Notes: generated by a model not told the origin, from the sequence alone. A stretch of 64,000 bases of DNA from Alphaproteobacteria bacterium (GCA_965246875.1 CBDFFU010000006.1:353938-417937); one strand, 5' to 3'. Positions 1-9,817 are shown, numbered from the stretch's first letter. A program made the numbers and translations.

Positions 1-530
1 ATTTCACGTTTTAAGAATTGCCAGGTGCGTGCCGTTTTTGGCCGCATGCGGGCGTTCAATAACAGAGACGGGATATGCCGCGTTTTAATGGCCTGTAACC
101 AATTCGGCCAGAGTTCCGATTCCAGCCACAACACCGCATCCGGTTGCCAATGATTTAGAAACCGTTTGACCCATGCGGGATGATCCAGCGGAATAAATTG
201 ATGGATGACGCGACCGGCTGGCAGATTTTTAACCTGTTCTGCGAACAAGGCTGCACTGGTGACAGTGCCGGTCGTGATCAAAGCCTGCCAATCCGGTTTT
301 TGCTCCAAAAGTATATTCAGGAGGGGAATGACAGACAGCAGCTCACCAACACTGGCACAATGCACCCACAGCAATTTCCCCGTTGGTCGTGGCAGGCTGG
401 GTTGCCCTATCCGTTCTGACAAGCGAACGGCATCTTCCTTGCCATGCTGTAACCGGCGATGCAGAAGCGCTTTTAAAATGGGCGCGCTGAGAACAGTCAA
501 GGTCCGGTAGAGGGTGAGAAAATTATGCAT
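1..530 (-). CDS. waaA: 3-deoxy-D-manno-octulosonic acid (Kdo) transferase, N-terminal part (runs off window start)
   Basis: Not in the ORF track; reverse-strand translation from ATG 530 gives MHNFLTLYRTL...GKEDAVRLSERIG...GKLLWVHCASVGE, the WxHxxSVGE signature of WaaA/KdtA. Confidence 0.9.
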   Translation of the reverse strand, partial: MHNFLTLYRTLTVLSAPILKALLHRRLQHGKEDAVRLSERIGQPSLPRPTGKLLWVHCASVGELLSVIPLLNILLEQKPDWQALITTGTVTSAALFAEQVKNLPAGRVIHQFIPLDHPAWVKRFLNHWQPDAVLWLESELWPNWLQAIKTRHIPSLLLNARMRPKTARTWQFLKRE

Positions 531-667
531 ATGACAATAAAGTGGAATGAGTGTCATGTTAGGCGGAAGGCTGTCAAAGCGCAACTGGCTCCCCACAATG
601 CACAGGAGAAAAAGCTTGTCATTCCGGCCGTTTGCGCGTATAGATAAGACAAATTTGGAACGCCGTT

Positions 668-695
668 AAGGTGAGCTGGAAAGCTCGCCTTTTTT
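668..695 (+). terminator. Terminator-like hairpin in the rimP leader (candidate attenuator)
   Basis: Stem AAGGTGAGCT-GGAA-AGCTCGCCTT followed by a T run, about 40 nt upstream of the rimP start. Confidence 0.6.
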
Positions 696-733
696 AATGG
701 CCCCAATTCCTGCACAGATGACCTGAGTTTTGT

Positions 734-1285
734 ATGCTGATTGAAGAACGCGTTGCTGAATTGATTACCCCGTCTATCGTGGATCTGGGCTATGATCTGG
801 TGCGTGTGCAATATCGTGGCAATGTGCGTAAAACCCTGCAAATCATGGCGGAACGCGTCGATCAATGCCCGATGACCGTCGATGATTGTGAATTATTGTC
901 GAACACCATTTCAGCCTTGATGGATGTGGCCGACCCGATTCGGGATCGTTACGCCCTGGAAGTCAGTTCCCCAGGAATTGACCGCCCCCTGATGAAAGCC
1001 GCTGATTTTGCCCGCTTTATTGGGTTTCAGGCCAAGATTGACTTGGGGGACATTTATAATGGCCGCCGCCATCTAGAAGGCGTCCTTGCCAAAGTCGATG
1101 GCGATGACGTGACGATGCGTCTGGAAAAAGACGAAGAGTTTACCTTTCCCATTAACGTCATGCATCGCGGCAAATTGATGCTGACTGATGAACTGATCGA
1201 TTATTCCCATGCGCAACAGGACGCCGCCTTAGAGCGTGTCCGGTTGCAATCATCCCTCACCACAACAGACTCGACGGAGAGTTAA
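734..1285 (+). CDS. rimP: Ribosome maturation factor RimP
   Basis: DDC...S...D...Y.LEVSSPGIDRPL motif; directly upstream of nusA. Confidence 0.95.
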   Translation: MLIEERVAELITPSIVDLGYDLVRVQYRGNVRKTLQIMAERVDQCPMTVDDCELLSNTISALMDVADPIRDRYALEVSSPGIDRPLMKAADFARFIGFQAKIDLGDIYNGRRHLEGVLAKVDGDDVTMRLEKDEEFTFPINVMHRGKLMLTDELIDYSHAQQDAALERVRLQSSLTTTDSTES

Positions 1286-1290
1286 GCCCA

Positions 1291-2799
1291 ATGGAAATCT
1301 TGCAAGTTGCCGACACGGTTGCCCGTGAGAAAAGCATTAATCGCGATCAGGTCATTGACGCGATGGAAGAAGCGATTCAAAAAGCTGCCCGCACCAAATA
1401 CGGTTTGCAGAACGACATCCGTGCGAAAATCAGCCGCTCCAACGGTGTGATCAGTCTGTATCGCTATCGCGAAGTGGTGGAAAACGATGCCGAAATTGAA
1501 AATGAGTCCGCGTTGATCCATTTGCAGGATGCTATTGTCATCAAGACCGATGTCGCTGTTGGCGATTTCCTGATCGACGAATTGCCACCGATGGATTTTG
1601 GCCGCGTTGCCGCACAAACCGCGAAACAGGTGATCAACCAAAAAGTACGCGATGCCGAACGTGAGCGCCAGTATGAAGAATACCAAGACCGCAAAGGCGA
1701 TATCATCAACGGCGTCGTCAAGCGGATTGATTTCGGCAACATCACGGTCGATCTGGGCCGTGCCGAAGCTGTTATCCGCCGCGAAGAATCCATTCCACGC
1801 GAAAAAGTCAAAATGGGCGATCGCGTCCGTGCCTATGTCATGGATGTCCGTCGCGAATTGCGTGGCCCGCAGATTTTTCTGTCGCGTACCCATCCGGATT
1901 TCATGGCCAAGCTGTTCAAACAGGAAGTGCCGGAAATTTATGATGGCGTAATTCAAATTATGGCCGTTGCCCGTGACCCAGGGTCCCGCGCGAAAATTGG
2001 TGTTTACACCAAGGATTCGTCCGTGGACCCGGTTGGTGCGTGTGTCGGTATGCGCGGTGTGCGTGTCCAAGCTGTTGTGCAAGAATTACAAGGCGAAAAA
2101 GTGGACATCGTGCCATGGTCGCCAGATATCGCGACATTCCTCGTGAATGCTTTGGCTCCAGCACAAGTGACCAAGGTTGTGATGGATGAAGAAACCCAAC
2201 GCGCCGAAGTTGTCGTACCGGAAGATCAATTGTCATTGGCGATTGGCCGTCGCGGACAAAATGTCCGCTTAGCCTCACACTTGACCGGCTGGAACATTGA
2301 TATCCTGACGGAATCCGAAGAGATGGACAAACGCACACAGGAAACCCAGCGTCGTGTCGAACAATTCATGGCGGCACTCGATGTGGATGATGTCTTGGCA
2401 CATTTGCTGGTTGCCGAAGGCTTTATCACCCTGGATGACGTGGCGTATGTCGAGATCGACGAATTGGCCGGCATCGAAGGCTTTGACGAAGATGTTGCAC
2501 GTGAGTTGCAAAATCGTGCGTTGGTGTTCGTCACCAAACGCGATGAAGAATTGCAAGCGAAGATCAAGGATCTGGGCATCACCACCGAATTATTAGAGTT
2601 TGATGCATTGACACAGGATATGGCCGTTATGATGGGTGAAGCCGGTGTGAAAACACTGGATGATCTGGGCGATCTGTCTGGCGATGAACTGGTCGAAATC
2701 GTTGGCGAGAAAAATATGAAACTGGACCGTGCGAATGCCATCATCATGGCGATCCGCGATAGCTGGTTCACGGATGAAGAGGGAGAGACAGAGGCATAA
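1291..2799 (+). CDS. nusA: Transcription termination/antitermination factor NusA
   Basis: FGRVAAQTAKQVI, ARDPGSRAK, DPVGACVGMRG, SLAIGRRGQNVRLA motifs; C-terminal acidic repeats. Confidence 0.98.
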   Translation: MEILQVADTVAREKSINRDQVIDAMEEAIQKAARTKYGLQNDIRAKISRSNGVISLYRYREVVENDAEIENESALIHLQDAIVIKTDVAVGDFLIDELPPMDFGRVAAQTAKQVINQKVRDAERERQYEEYQDRKGDIINGVVKRIDFGNITVDLGRAEAVIRREESIPREKVKMGDRVRAYVMDVRRELRGPQIFLSRTHPDFMAKLFKQEVPEIYDGVIQIMAVARDPGSRAKIGVYTKDSSVDPVGACVGMRGVRVQAVVQELQGEKVDIVPWSPDIATFLVNALAPAQVTKVVMDEETQRAEVVVPEDQLSLAIGRRGQNVRLASHLTGWNIDILTESEEMDKRTQETQRRVEQFMAALDVDDVLAHLLVAEGFITLDDVAYVEIDELAGIEGFDEDVARELQNRALVFVTKRDEELQAKIKDLGITTELLEFDALTQDMAVMMGEAGVKTLDDLGDLSGDELVEIVGEKNMKLDRANAIIMAIRDSWFTDEEGETEA

Positions 2800-2823
2800 A
2801 TCTTTGTTTCGGCACTGAATTTG

Positions 2824-2896
2824 GTCAAAGCCTCCGGCAGGCACTGCTTGCGATAGGCTTTGACTCACGGTAATCTTCAAAGGCGGGGCCTTTGAA
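2824..2896. repeat. Two adjacent inverted repeats in the nusA-infB spacer
   Basis: GTCAAAGCCT(2824-2833)/AGGCTTTGAC(2855-2864) and TTCAAAGGC(2876-2884)/GCCTTTGAA(2888-2896). Confidence 0.7.
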
Positions 2897-2933
2897 AGCA
2901 AAACACACAGGGCGCAGTCCCTAAAGGCAGAAC

Positions 2934-5591
2934 ATGAGCGATACGAAAAACACCATTGACGGCAAAAAACTGACCCTGTCTGGCAATACATTGTCTGGCA
3001 ACACGTTGTCGGCCAAGCCTGCGGGCACCTTGTCAGTCAAACGGCCAGACAGTGCAGCACCGGCGCTAACAGGCGGCGGAGCGGCCTCGTCGAATGCCGG
3101 CCGCGTCAAGCAAAGCTTTTCTGGTGGTGTCACAAAATCAGTTGCTGTCGAAGTCAAACGCCGCCGCGTGTTGAAACCAGGTGAGATAGCCGGCACGCCG
3201 ACACCGGTTGCAGCCGCTCCCGTCACTGCATCGCCTGCGGCTATGCGCCAGACACCAACTGCTGGGGCCAATGTTGATAGCCGGGTCGATAATCGCCGTC
3301 TGGAAGCCTTAAAAAACATCAATAACGAACCGCCGAAATCACGCTTTGCGTTTACAGTGGCCGAAGGTCAGGCGCAAGCCAAAGCCGAACGGGAAGCCGC
3401 CAGCATTAAGCAAGCCGAAGCCGAATTGAAACGTCCATTGACGCCGGAAGAATTGCGCGCGCGCGAACTGGCGGAAATGGAAGCGATCGAAAACGATGAA
3501 AAAGATCGTAAAAATGCTGAGAATCAGCGTCTCGACGCCAACAACCGTCCGGCCACCACAGCGGGTGCGACACGTCCGACAGGCAGTGCGGCAGGCTTGG
3601 TTGGCCGTGCGCCATTGCCGGGCCGTCGTGAGGATGATGAAGCGGCTGCCCGTGCCAGCGGCAAGAGTACGCGTGGCCGCGGTGACGACCGTCGCCGTGA
3701 TGGTCGGATTACCTTAACACAAGCCTTGAGCGGCGAGCCGGAAATTGAACGCGGCCGTTCCGTTGCGTCATTCAAACGGGCGCGCGAAAAAGAAAAACGC
3801 CACATGATGATGGATGTGCGCGAAAAAATCGTACGCGAAGTTATCTTGCCAGAATTTATCACCGTTGGTGATTTAGCGAACCGGATGGCCGAACGCTCCG
3901 GCGACGTTATCAAGGCGCTCATGAAAATGGGCTTGATGGTCACCGTCACGCAATCGATCGATGCCGATACCGCTGAACTGGTGGCTAATGAACTGGGACA
4001 TATCGTCAAACGTGTGTCGGAGTCGTCTGTCGAAGAAAATCTGCAAGGCATCGCGGACGGCGTCGAGACATTGATCGCGCGTCCACCGGTTGTCACCATC
4101 ATGGGTCACGTCGATCACGGGAAAACCTCGTTGCTCGATGCTATTCGCCAAACCGATGTTGTCGCCGGTGAAGCGGGCGGTATTACGCAACATATTGGCG
4201 CGTACCAGATCACGACACCGTCGCATCAGAAAATCACATTCATCGATACACCGGGTCATGCCGCGTTTTCGGAAATGCGTGCCCGTGGCGCGAATACAAC
4301 CGACATCGTGGTGTTGGTGGTCGCTGCCAATGACGGCATCATGCCGCAAACGATTGAAGCGATCAGCCATGCCAAAGCCGCCAACGTGCCGATTATCGTG
4401 GCCATTAACAAGATGGACTTGCCGGACGCTAATCCGAAAAAGATCAAAGAGATGCTGTTGAGCTATGAAATCGTTGTCGAAGAGATGGGTGGCGAGGTTA
4501 TGGCTATCGAAGTCTCGGCGAAGAAACGCATGAATCTCGACAAACTCGAAGAAGCCATTTTATTACAAGCCGAAGTGCTGGAACTCAAAGCCAACCCGAA
4601 CCGTGATGCGGTGGGCGTGGTTCTGGAATCCCGCATGGAGCAAGGCCGCGGATCGGTGGCTACCGTTCTCGTACAAAAAGGAACGCTCAAAGTCGGCGAT
4701 ATTTTTGTTACCGGGATGGAGCAGGGCCGTGTTCGTGCCATGGCGAATGACAAAGATAAACGCATCAAGGAAGCGGGTCCGGGGATGCCGGTCGAAGTGG
4801 TCGGTTTGAACGGCACACCAAACGCTGGCGATGATTTTGTCGTCGTTGAAGATGATGCCAAAGCACGCGACATTGCCGAATACCGCATCCGCAAAAAACG
4901 CGAAGCGGAGAATGCCAAGTCCGGCAAATCGACCGTCGAAGAAATGCTGCAGCAGATCAAAGACGGCGAGAAACGCGAACTGGCCGTTATCATTAAAGCC
5001 GACGTGCATGGGTCGGTTGAGGCCATCAACGCGGCCTTACACAAACTGGTTGAAGACAACGCCGAAGTGGGCTTGCGCACCTTGCATATGGGCGTTGGTG
5101 CCATCAATGAATCCGACGTGTCCTTGGCTCGTGCAACCAAAGCCTTGATCATCGGCTTTAACGTGCGTGCCAATCCGCAAGCGCGCGAAGGCATTCGCCG
5201 TGAGAATATCGACACGCGTTATTACAGCGTCATCTATAACGCCATCGATGATGTCAAAGCGTTATTGACCGGCCTGTTGTCACCGACGCAAAAAGAAACC
5301 ATCAGCGGTTACGCAGAAATTCGCCAGGTCTTCGACCTCACGAAATTCGGCAAGATTGCCGGCTGTATGGTCACTGAAGGCAAAGTCAGACGTGGTTCCA
5401 AAGTCCGCTTGCTGCGCGACAGTGTTGTCGTTCACGACGGCACGCTTAAGTCGCTCAAACGCGGCAAAGACGATGCCCGAGACGTGGCATCAGGCTTCGA
5501 GTGCGGGATGGCCTTTGACAATTTCGACGACATGCGCGCTGGTGATATTGTTGAAGCGTTCGAGATCGAAGAGACAGCGGCGATTTTGTAA
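2934..5591 (+). CDS. infB: Translation initiation factor IF-2
   Basis: [25 protein letters not shown] GTPase motifs; operon position. Confidence 0.98.
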   Translation: MSDTKNTIDGKKLTLSGNTLSGNTLSAKPAGTLSVKRPDSAAPALTGGGAASSNAGRVKQSFSGGVTKSVAVEVKRRRVLKPGEIAGTPTPVAAAPVTASPAAMRQTPTAGANVDSRVDNRRLEALKNINNEPPKSRFAFTVAEGQAQAKAEREAASIKQAEAELKRPLTPEELRARELAEMEAIENDEKDRKNAENQRLDANNRPATTAGATRPTGSAAGLVGRAPLPGRREDDEAAARASGKSTRGRGDDRRRDGRITLTQALSGEPEIERGRSVASFKRAREKEKRHMMMDVREKIVREVILPEFITVGDLANRMAERSGDVIKALMKMGLMVTVTQSIDADTAELVANELGHIVKRVSESSVEENLQGIADGVETLIARPPVVTIMGHVDHGKTSLLDAIRQTDVVAGEAGGITQHIGAYQITTPSHQKITFIDTPGHAAFSEMRARGANTTDIVVLVVAANDGIMPQTIEAISHAKAANVPIIVAINKMDLPDANPKKIKEMLLSYEIVVEEMGGEVMAIEVSAKKRMNLDKLEEAILLQAEVLELKANPNRDAVGVVLESRMEQGRGSVATVLVQKGTLKVGDIFVTGMEQGRVRAMANDKDKRIKEAGPGMPVEVVGLNGTPNAGDDFVVVEDDAKARDIAEYRIRKKREAENAKSGKSTVEEMLQQIKDGEKRELAVIIKADVHGSVEAINAALHKLVEDNAEVGLRTLHMGVGAINESDVSLARATKALIIGFNVRANPQAREGIRRENIDTRYYSVIYNAIDDVKALLTGLLSPTQKETISGYAEIRQVFDLTKFGKIAGCMVTEGKVRRGSKVRLLRDSVVVHDGTLKSLKRGKDDARDVASGFECGMAFDNFDDMRAGDIVEAFEIEETAAIL

Positions 5592-5648
5592 TATCAGCTT
5601 GCTGCAACATTGAAGCCTGCGTTGTTTAACAAGCTAGCATTTTGTATG

Positions 5649-5689
5649 TTGACATATTAATAGACGTGCGCTAATGTTTGTTTAAACAA
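5649..5689 (+). promoter_or_regulatory. Sigma70-type promoter with downstream palindrome
   Basis: TTGACA(5649-5654)-17 nt-TAATGT(5672-5677), then the perfect palindrome TTGTTTAAACAA (5678-5689) and a GAGG RBS. Confidence 0.55.
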
Positions 5690-5699
5690 GAGGTTAGTC

Positions 5700-6311
5700 A
5701 TGTATAGAACAGTCGATATTGCTTATAATGAAGCTGAACAGATTCGCGCAGGCCGAACTCTGGCAAGTCAGATTTTGTGGCCCAAACAAAGCACACGTGA
5801 CATTAAGAAAAAAAGGACACAGTTATTACAAGAGATAGCGAAACTGGACGAGCTTCTAGATGTTGTGAATGATCACAAGTTTGAAGACGTCACGCTAAAA
5901 TATCAAACACAAGCGCTCGACATTGGGGAAACAGCATCAGACCTAGAACCTTCTGCTGAAACTGTAGCGATTGCAGATCTGGTCACAGACTCATATTTGA
6001 AATATGTGACAGCCGAAAAAGACAAGACCGGTCATTTTAGAATCACGGCATTTAATCAATATGATGAAGCATTGCCTGCGCATTATTTTAACGCTGAAAC
6101 CAGCATGCCTATTGCCGAAAAGTCTGCCTTAGAGATTTTGCACACAGTCGAAAACGCTCGTTTGCTCGCAATATCTGGAATGAGGCCTGAAAGCAAAGTG
6201 GGCTTGCCCGGTTACGAAGCCGACAAGCACTTTGACAGACGTCGTTATGAATTGGGAATTTATGAAACACAATCTCTCGTTCAACTGCCAAATGGAACGT
6301 TAAGACTATAA
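5700..6311 (+). CDS. Hypothetical protein (orphan, 203 aa)
   Basis: Long ORF with RBS and own promoter; no recognisable motif; more AT-rich than infB. Confidence 0.75.
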   Translation: MYRTVDIAYNEAEQIRAGRTLASQILWPKQSTRDIKKKRTQLLQEIAKLDELLDVVNDHKFEDVTLKYQTQALDIGETASDLEPSAETVAIADLVTDSYLKYVTAEKDKTGHFRITAFNQYDEALPAHYFNAETSMPIAEKSALEILHTVENARLLAISGMRPESKVGLPGYEADKHFDRRRYELGIYETQSLVQLPNGTLRL

Positions 6312-6570
6312 GTGTGCCGAAGAAGTTCTCTTAATATAATGTATTATATAATGTATAAGTTGGCTGCTAATTCCCGTAATAGTTAAGAAGGCGATCGTCT
6401 GGCATCGTGAAACCAATGCTGCTTCAAAACCCACCAATCAGAAATTCGGCTTTGTGCAAACGCATAAAGAGATTAACGTCACATGGCTGGATAGGTCTGT
6501 GGAAAACAGACTCTACTATGCATTAACGTTGTAAACGCGTAAACTTTGCCTGTTCACAGCCCGATCAATA

Positions 6571-7461
6571 ATGATCTACGTTTATTTGGATTATGTAAAA
6601 TTGAATAAGATTATCATTTTTGCGTTGATAAGTTTTGGCCTTTCTTTGACAGCATGCCATCAGGACAAGGCTGGTCAAACGCAACGCGCTGACACGTATG
6701 ACCATGTGATGGCAAGCGGTAAAATCCGGTGCGGCTATCTGGAATGGCCGCCCGTCTTGCAAAAAGACATCAATACAAAACAATTCTCAGGCGTTGGTGT
6801 CGATATCATGAAGGAAATTGCAAACCGTCTGAAACTGAGCTTATCATGGGATGAAGAGGTTGGGCCGGCAACGGCGGCGGAAAGCGTGAAATCAGGACGC
6901 GTCGATATGATGTGTATGCCGCTTATCATTACGATGGCCCGTGTGCGTGTCGTCGATTTTTCGGAACCTGTCATGTTCAGCCGTTTTTCACCATGGGTCA
7001 AAACGAATTCAGCTGTTACAGATACGACGAACATGAATGATGAACGCTATCGGTTTGTCTACATTGATGGCACAGGTGCCGCCAGCTTAACCGAGAGGTT
7101 CTTGCCAAAAACGCAACATATCACATTGGTTGAAAACACGCCGACGTCTGATTTGTTTTTAAGCGTCATGACGGGGAAGGCGGACGCGGTCTACACCGAT
7201 ACCAGCACGATCTTCCCGTTTGAGCAAAATCAGCCAGGTCAGATGCGGCCTGTGTTAAATTCTGATATGACAATGAGAATGCCTTGGGCGTTCATGGTGG
7301 CACAAGATAACTACCGCTTTGTACATATGATCAACCTTGTGTTGCAGGATATGCACTATGATGGAACGCTTGAACGTATCCTGCAAAAGAATAAAGCCGA
7401 GAGTTATTTTACCATGACGGTGCAACAACCGCCGCAACACAAAAATTGGCAAGAACAGTGA
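6571..7461 (+). CDS. Amino-acid-type (family 3) solute-binding lipoprotein
   Basis: Lipobox LTAC; IRCGYLEWPP, SGVGVDI..EIA..L, GRVD, GKADA, DGTL..I..K pattern; no permease or ATPase nearby; start could be TTG 6601. Confidence 0.85.
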   Translation: MIYVYLDYVKLNKIIIFALISFGLSLTACHQDKAGQTQRADTYDHVMASGKIRCGYLEWPPVLQKDINTKQFSGVGVDIMKEIANRLKLSLSWDEEVGPATAAESVKSGRVDMMCMPLIITMARVRVVDFSEPVMFSRFSPWVKTNSAVTDTTNMNDERYRFVYIDGTGAASLTERFLPKTQHITLVENTPTSDLFLSVMTGKADAVYTDTSTIFPFEQNQPGQMRPVLNSDMTMRMPWAFMVAQDNYRFVHMINLVLQDMHYDGTLERILQKNKAESYFTMTVQQPPQHKNWQEQ

Positions 7462-8075
7462 CCAATATTCATCTCGTCACCGGCAATCAAAAGAAATTTG
7501 CCTATATCACCAGCAACATTGTGTTGCCAGCTGATACACAATTTATCATGACGCCGATCGATACGGTTGAAATTCAGGCACCCAATCTGGCCGATGTCAG
7601 CCGGCACAAAGCAGTGACAGCATGGGAGCAATTGCAGCAGCCATTGTTGGCGCATGACAGTGGCATGGCGATTCCGGAATTGAATGGTTATCCAGGGCCT
7701 TACACAAAAGATTTGATGAAAACGGTTGGCGTTGACCGGCTATTTAATTTGTTTGCAGCATTTGCCGACCGTTCGGTCGTGTTACAGGATTGCCTGACTT
7801 ATATTGACCAAACAGGCATTCATCAATTTTCCGGTAATACAGCGGACATCTATTGTTTTGCTAAGCGCAAGGGCCAAAGTGTGCATAGCGATATGCCGCT
7901 TAATTCACTTATTGCTTTTTGTAACCAGCCAGATGTGCCGTTGTCCGAGATCGAAAACTGGATGGATGTTTATCAACAGCATGTCAGGCAAAAACAATTA
8001 TTGACGTGCTGGCAGAAATTTTCGGATTTTATCGCTGGGCAACAGTATGCAGAAAACCAACGAGGTGCCGCATGA
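7458..8075 (+). CDS. Ham1/ITPase-fold (non-canonical NTP pyrophosphatase-like) protein, paralog 1
   Basis: LVTGNQKK, EIQ, HDSG, LNGYPGPYTK motifs; GTG start overlaps upstream TGA; no FGYDP or SHR motif. Confidence 0.85.
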   Translation: MTNIHLVTGNQKKFAYITSNIVLPADTQFIMTPIDTVEIQAPNLADVSRHKAVTAWEQLQQPLLAHDSGMAIPELNGYPGPYTKDLMKTVGVDRLFNLFAAFADRSVVLQDCLTYIDQTGIHQFSGNTADIYCFAKRKGQSVHSDMPLNSLIAFCNQPDVPLSEIENWMDVYQQHVRQKQLLTCWQKFSDFIAGQQYAENQRGAA

Positions 8076-8695
8076 CAAAACTGATTTTCGCGACGTCGAA
8101 TACGGGACGCTTTATGGCGATGCAGCATGAACTGGAATTGGCTGGTTTAACACACATCAAACTTGAACAGAAAAAATTGGATTTGATCGAAATTCAATCG
8201 ATGGATTTAGCTGCCATTTCGTTACACAAGGCGCATCAAGCGTATGAGATATTGCAAGCGCCAGTGCTTGTGATGGACGGCGGATTTTACATGGACGGTT
8301 TGAATGGTTTTCCGGGTAGTTACACCCACGATATGCTGGATACGGTTGGTGTTGAGACCATGGGAAAAATCGCCAGTGTTCTGGAGAATAAAAATTGCAG
8401 TTTTCGCAGTGTCGCGACCTTTATCGCTGGACCCGATGACTATGCGCAGTTTTACGACACAACGGGCGATGTGTTTATCTTGTCTGATACGGTGTGGCCA
8501 CACGATCATCCGAAACAATGGTCGCCTTTATGGCGCATGATCGTGCCGGCGAAGTATGGTTATATCAAACCACTGGCCGCACTTAATGATAATGAGATGG
8601 ATGTATTTTTGCAGCAGCGCCGCATTTTTGTCGGTACGCCAGCAATGAAGCAAGTTGTTGAATACCTGCAAACCAATCAAAGATTGGCAGCTTGA
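8072..8695 (+). CDS. Ham1/ITPase-fold protein, paralog 2
   Basis: FATSNTGR, EIQ, MDGGF, LNGFPGSYT; ATGA overlap with paralog 1; 207 aa. Confidence 0.85.
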   Translation: MTKLIFATSNTGRFMAMQHELELAGLTHIKLEQKKLDLIEIQSMDLAAISLHKAHQAYEILQAPVLVMDGGFYMDGLNGFPGSYTHDMLDTVGVETMGKIASVLENKNCSFRSVATFIAGPDDYAQFYDTTGDVFILSDTVWPHDHPKQWSPLWRMIVPAKYGYIKPLAALNDNEMDVFLQQRRIFVGTPAMKQVVEYLQTNQRLAA

Positions 8696-8696
8696 T

Positions 8697-9320
8697 ATGA
8701 CCAAACTGATTTTTGCGACATCGAATAACGGCAAGTTTTTGTGGCTGCAGCGCGAGTTGCAGATGGCGGGGCTGGATCATATCCAGGCCGAACAAAAACC
8801 GATGGAGTTGACCGAAATTCAGTCGATCGATATTGCTGCCATTTCCTTGTTCAAAGCGCAGCAAGCCTATGCCCAATTGCAATCTCCAGTCATCGTGCAT
8901 GATGGCGGGTTTTATATTGATGGCCTCAATGGTTTTCCGGCCGCCTATACGCGCGATATGATTGATACCATAGGTGTTGAAACGATTGGCCGGATCATTT
9001 CGGTGCTGGACAATAAAAACTGCCAGTTCCGCAATGTTGTCACCTTGATGATGGGTCCTGACGGTTACCAGCAGTTTTTTGATACGACCGGCGATATTTT
9101 CACACTGACAGACAATGTATGGCCACATGATCATCCAAAACAATGGTCAGCTTTGTGGCGCGTCCTGGTTCCAAGCAAGTTCGGCTATATCAAAACATTG
9201 GCCGAATTTTCAGACAGTGAACTTGACGACTATGTCGAAAAACGTCGTGCCATTGATAGTGCATCTGCATTACAGGATTGCGTCGCTTATATGAAACAAC
9301 AGAATAAACTGGCAGCTTAA
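8697..9320 (+). CDS. Ham1/ITPase-fold protein, paralog 3
   Basis: FATSNNGK, EIQ, HDGGF, LNGFPAAYT; 207 aa, colinear with paralog 2. Confidence 0.85.
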   Translation: MTKLIFATSNNGKFLWLQRELQMAGLDHIQAEQKPMELTEIQSIDIAAISLFKAQQAYAQLQSPVIVHDGGFYIDGLNGFPAAYTRDMIDTIGVETIGRIISVLDNKNCQFRNVVTLMMGPDGYQQFFDTTGDIFTLTDNVWPHDHPKQWSALWRVLVPSKFGYIKTLAEFSDSELDDYVEKRRAIDSASALQDCVAYMKQQNKLAA

Positions 9321-9322
9321 TC

Positions 9323-9802
9323 ATGACGGATGTTTACCGGCTTGACCCTGATGACATTGCGAAACAATTTGTGCTGGGCTTTGCCTTTAGTTCCGATGGC
9401 CGCCAGATCGTTTTGATCGAAAAAGATCATCCTGCCTCACAAGCTGGTAAACTCAACGGCTTGGGTGGCAAAGTCAAAACAGGTGACGCGGCACCCATTG
9501 ATGCGGTGTGCCGGGAATGCGACGAGGAGGCGGGGGTCAGCAGCACTGCGGCGGACTGGCATCAATACACAATCTTGAATGGTGATTTTGGCCAGGTGAT
9601 TGTGTTTTATGCGTTCGATGACAAATTTCTGGCCGCCAGCCGGAAAACCGGTCAAGAAATTAAAGTGATGGCTGTCACTGATCCAGCCATCAAAGACCGA
9701 TCGGTTTTGAATGTTTACGATCTGATTCAACAGGCCTTGGCGGAAAAATACGGTGATACAGAGCATTTGCCTTTAAAATCGCCGCAGCCGGCACTAGGAT
9801 AA
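9323..9802 (+). CDS. Nudix hydrolase
   Basis: Variant Nudix box GGKVKTGDAAPIDAVCRECDEEAGV; starts 2 nt after paralog 3. Confidence 0.85.
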   Translation: MTDVYRLDPDDIAKQFVLGFAFSSDGRQIVLIEKDHPASQAGKLNGLGGKVKTGDAAPIDAVCRECDEEAGVSSTAADWHQYTILNGDFGQVIVFYAFDDKFLAASRKTGQEIKVMAVTDPAIKDRSVLNVYDLIQQALAEKYGDTEHLPLKSPQPALG

Positions 9803-9817
9803 CGGCGGAGATACAGT

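Noticed and set aside
2976-3015. Short tandem repeat [14 protein letters not shown] in the IF-2 N-terminus; RPPQ repeats in the DEAD helicase tail (about 30910-30965)
   Set aside because: Low-complexity repeats in disordered protein regions; not an array or element
180-5613. Many antisense and off-frame ORFs over waaA, nusA and infB (and over other core genes through the window)
   Set aside because: Shadow ORFs of strongly supported genes with no motifs of their own
6334-6356. ATATAATGTAT direct repeat resembling the loxP or dif core
   Set aside because: Only an 11-mer in AT-rich DNA; the flanking inverted arms needed for a recombination site are absent
6571-9802. Kongming (KomABC) defence system
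   Set aside because: No adenosine deaminase or SIR2 gene is adjacent; only the Ham1 fold is shared
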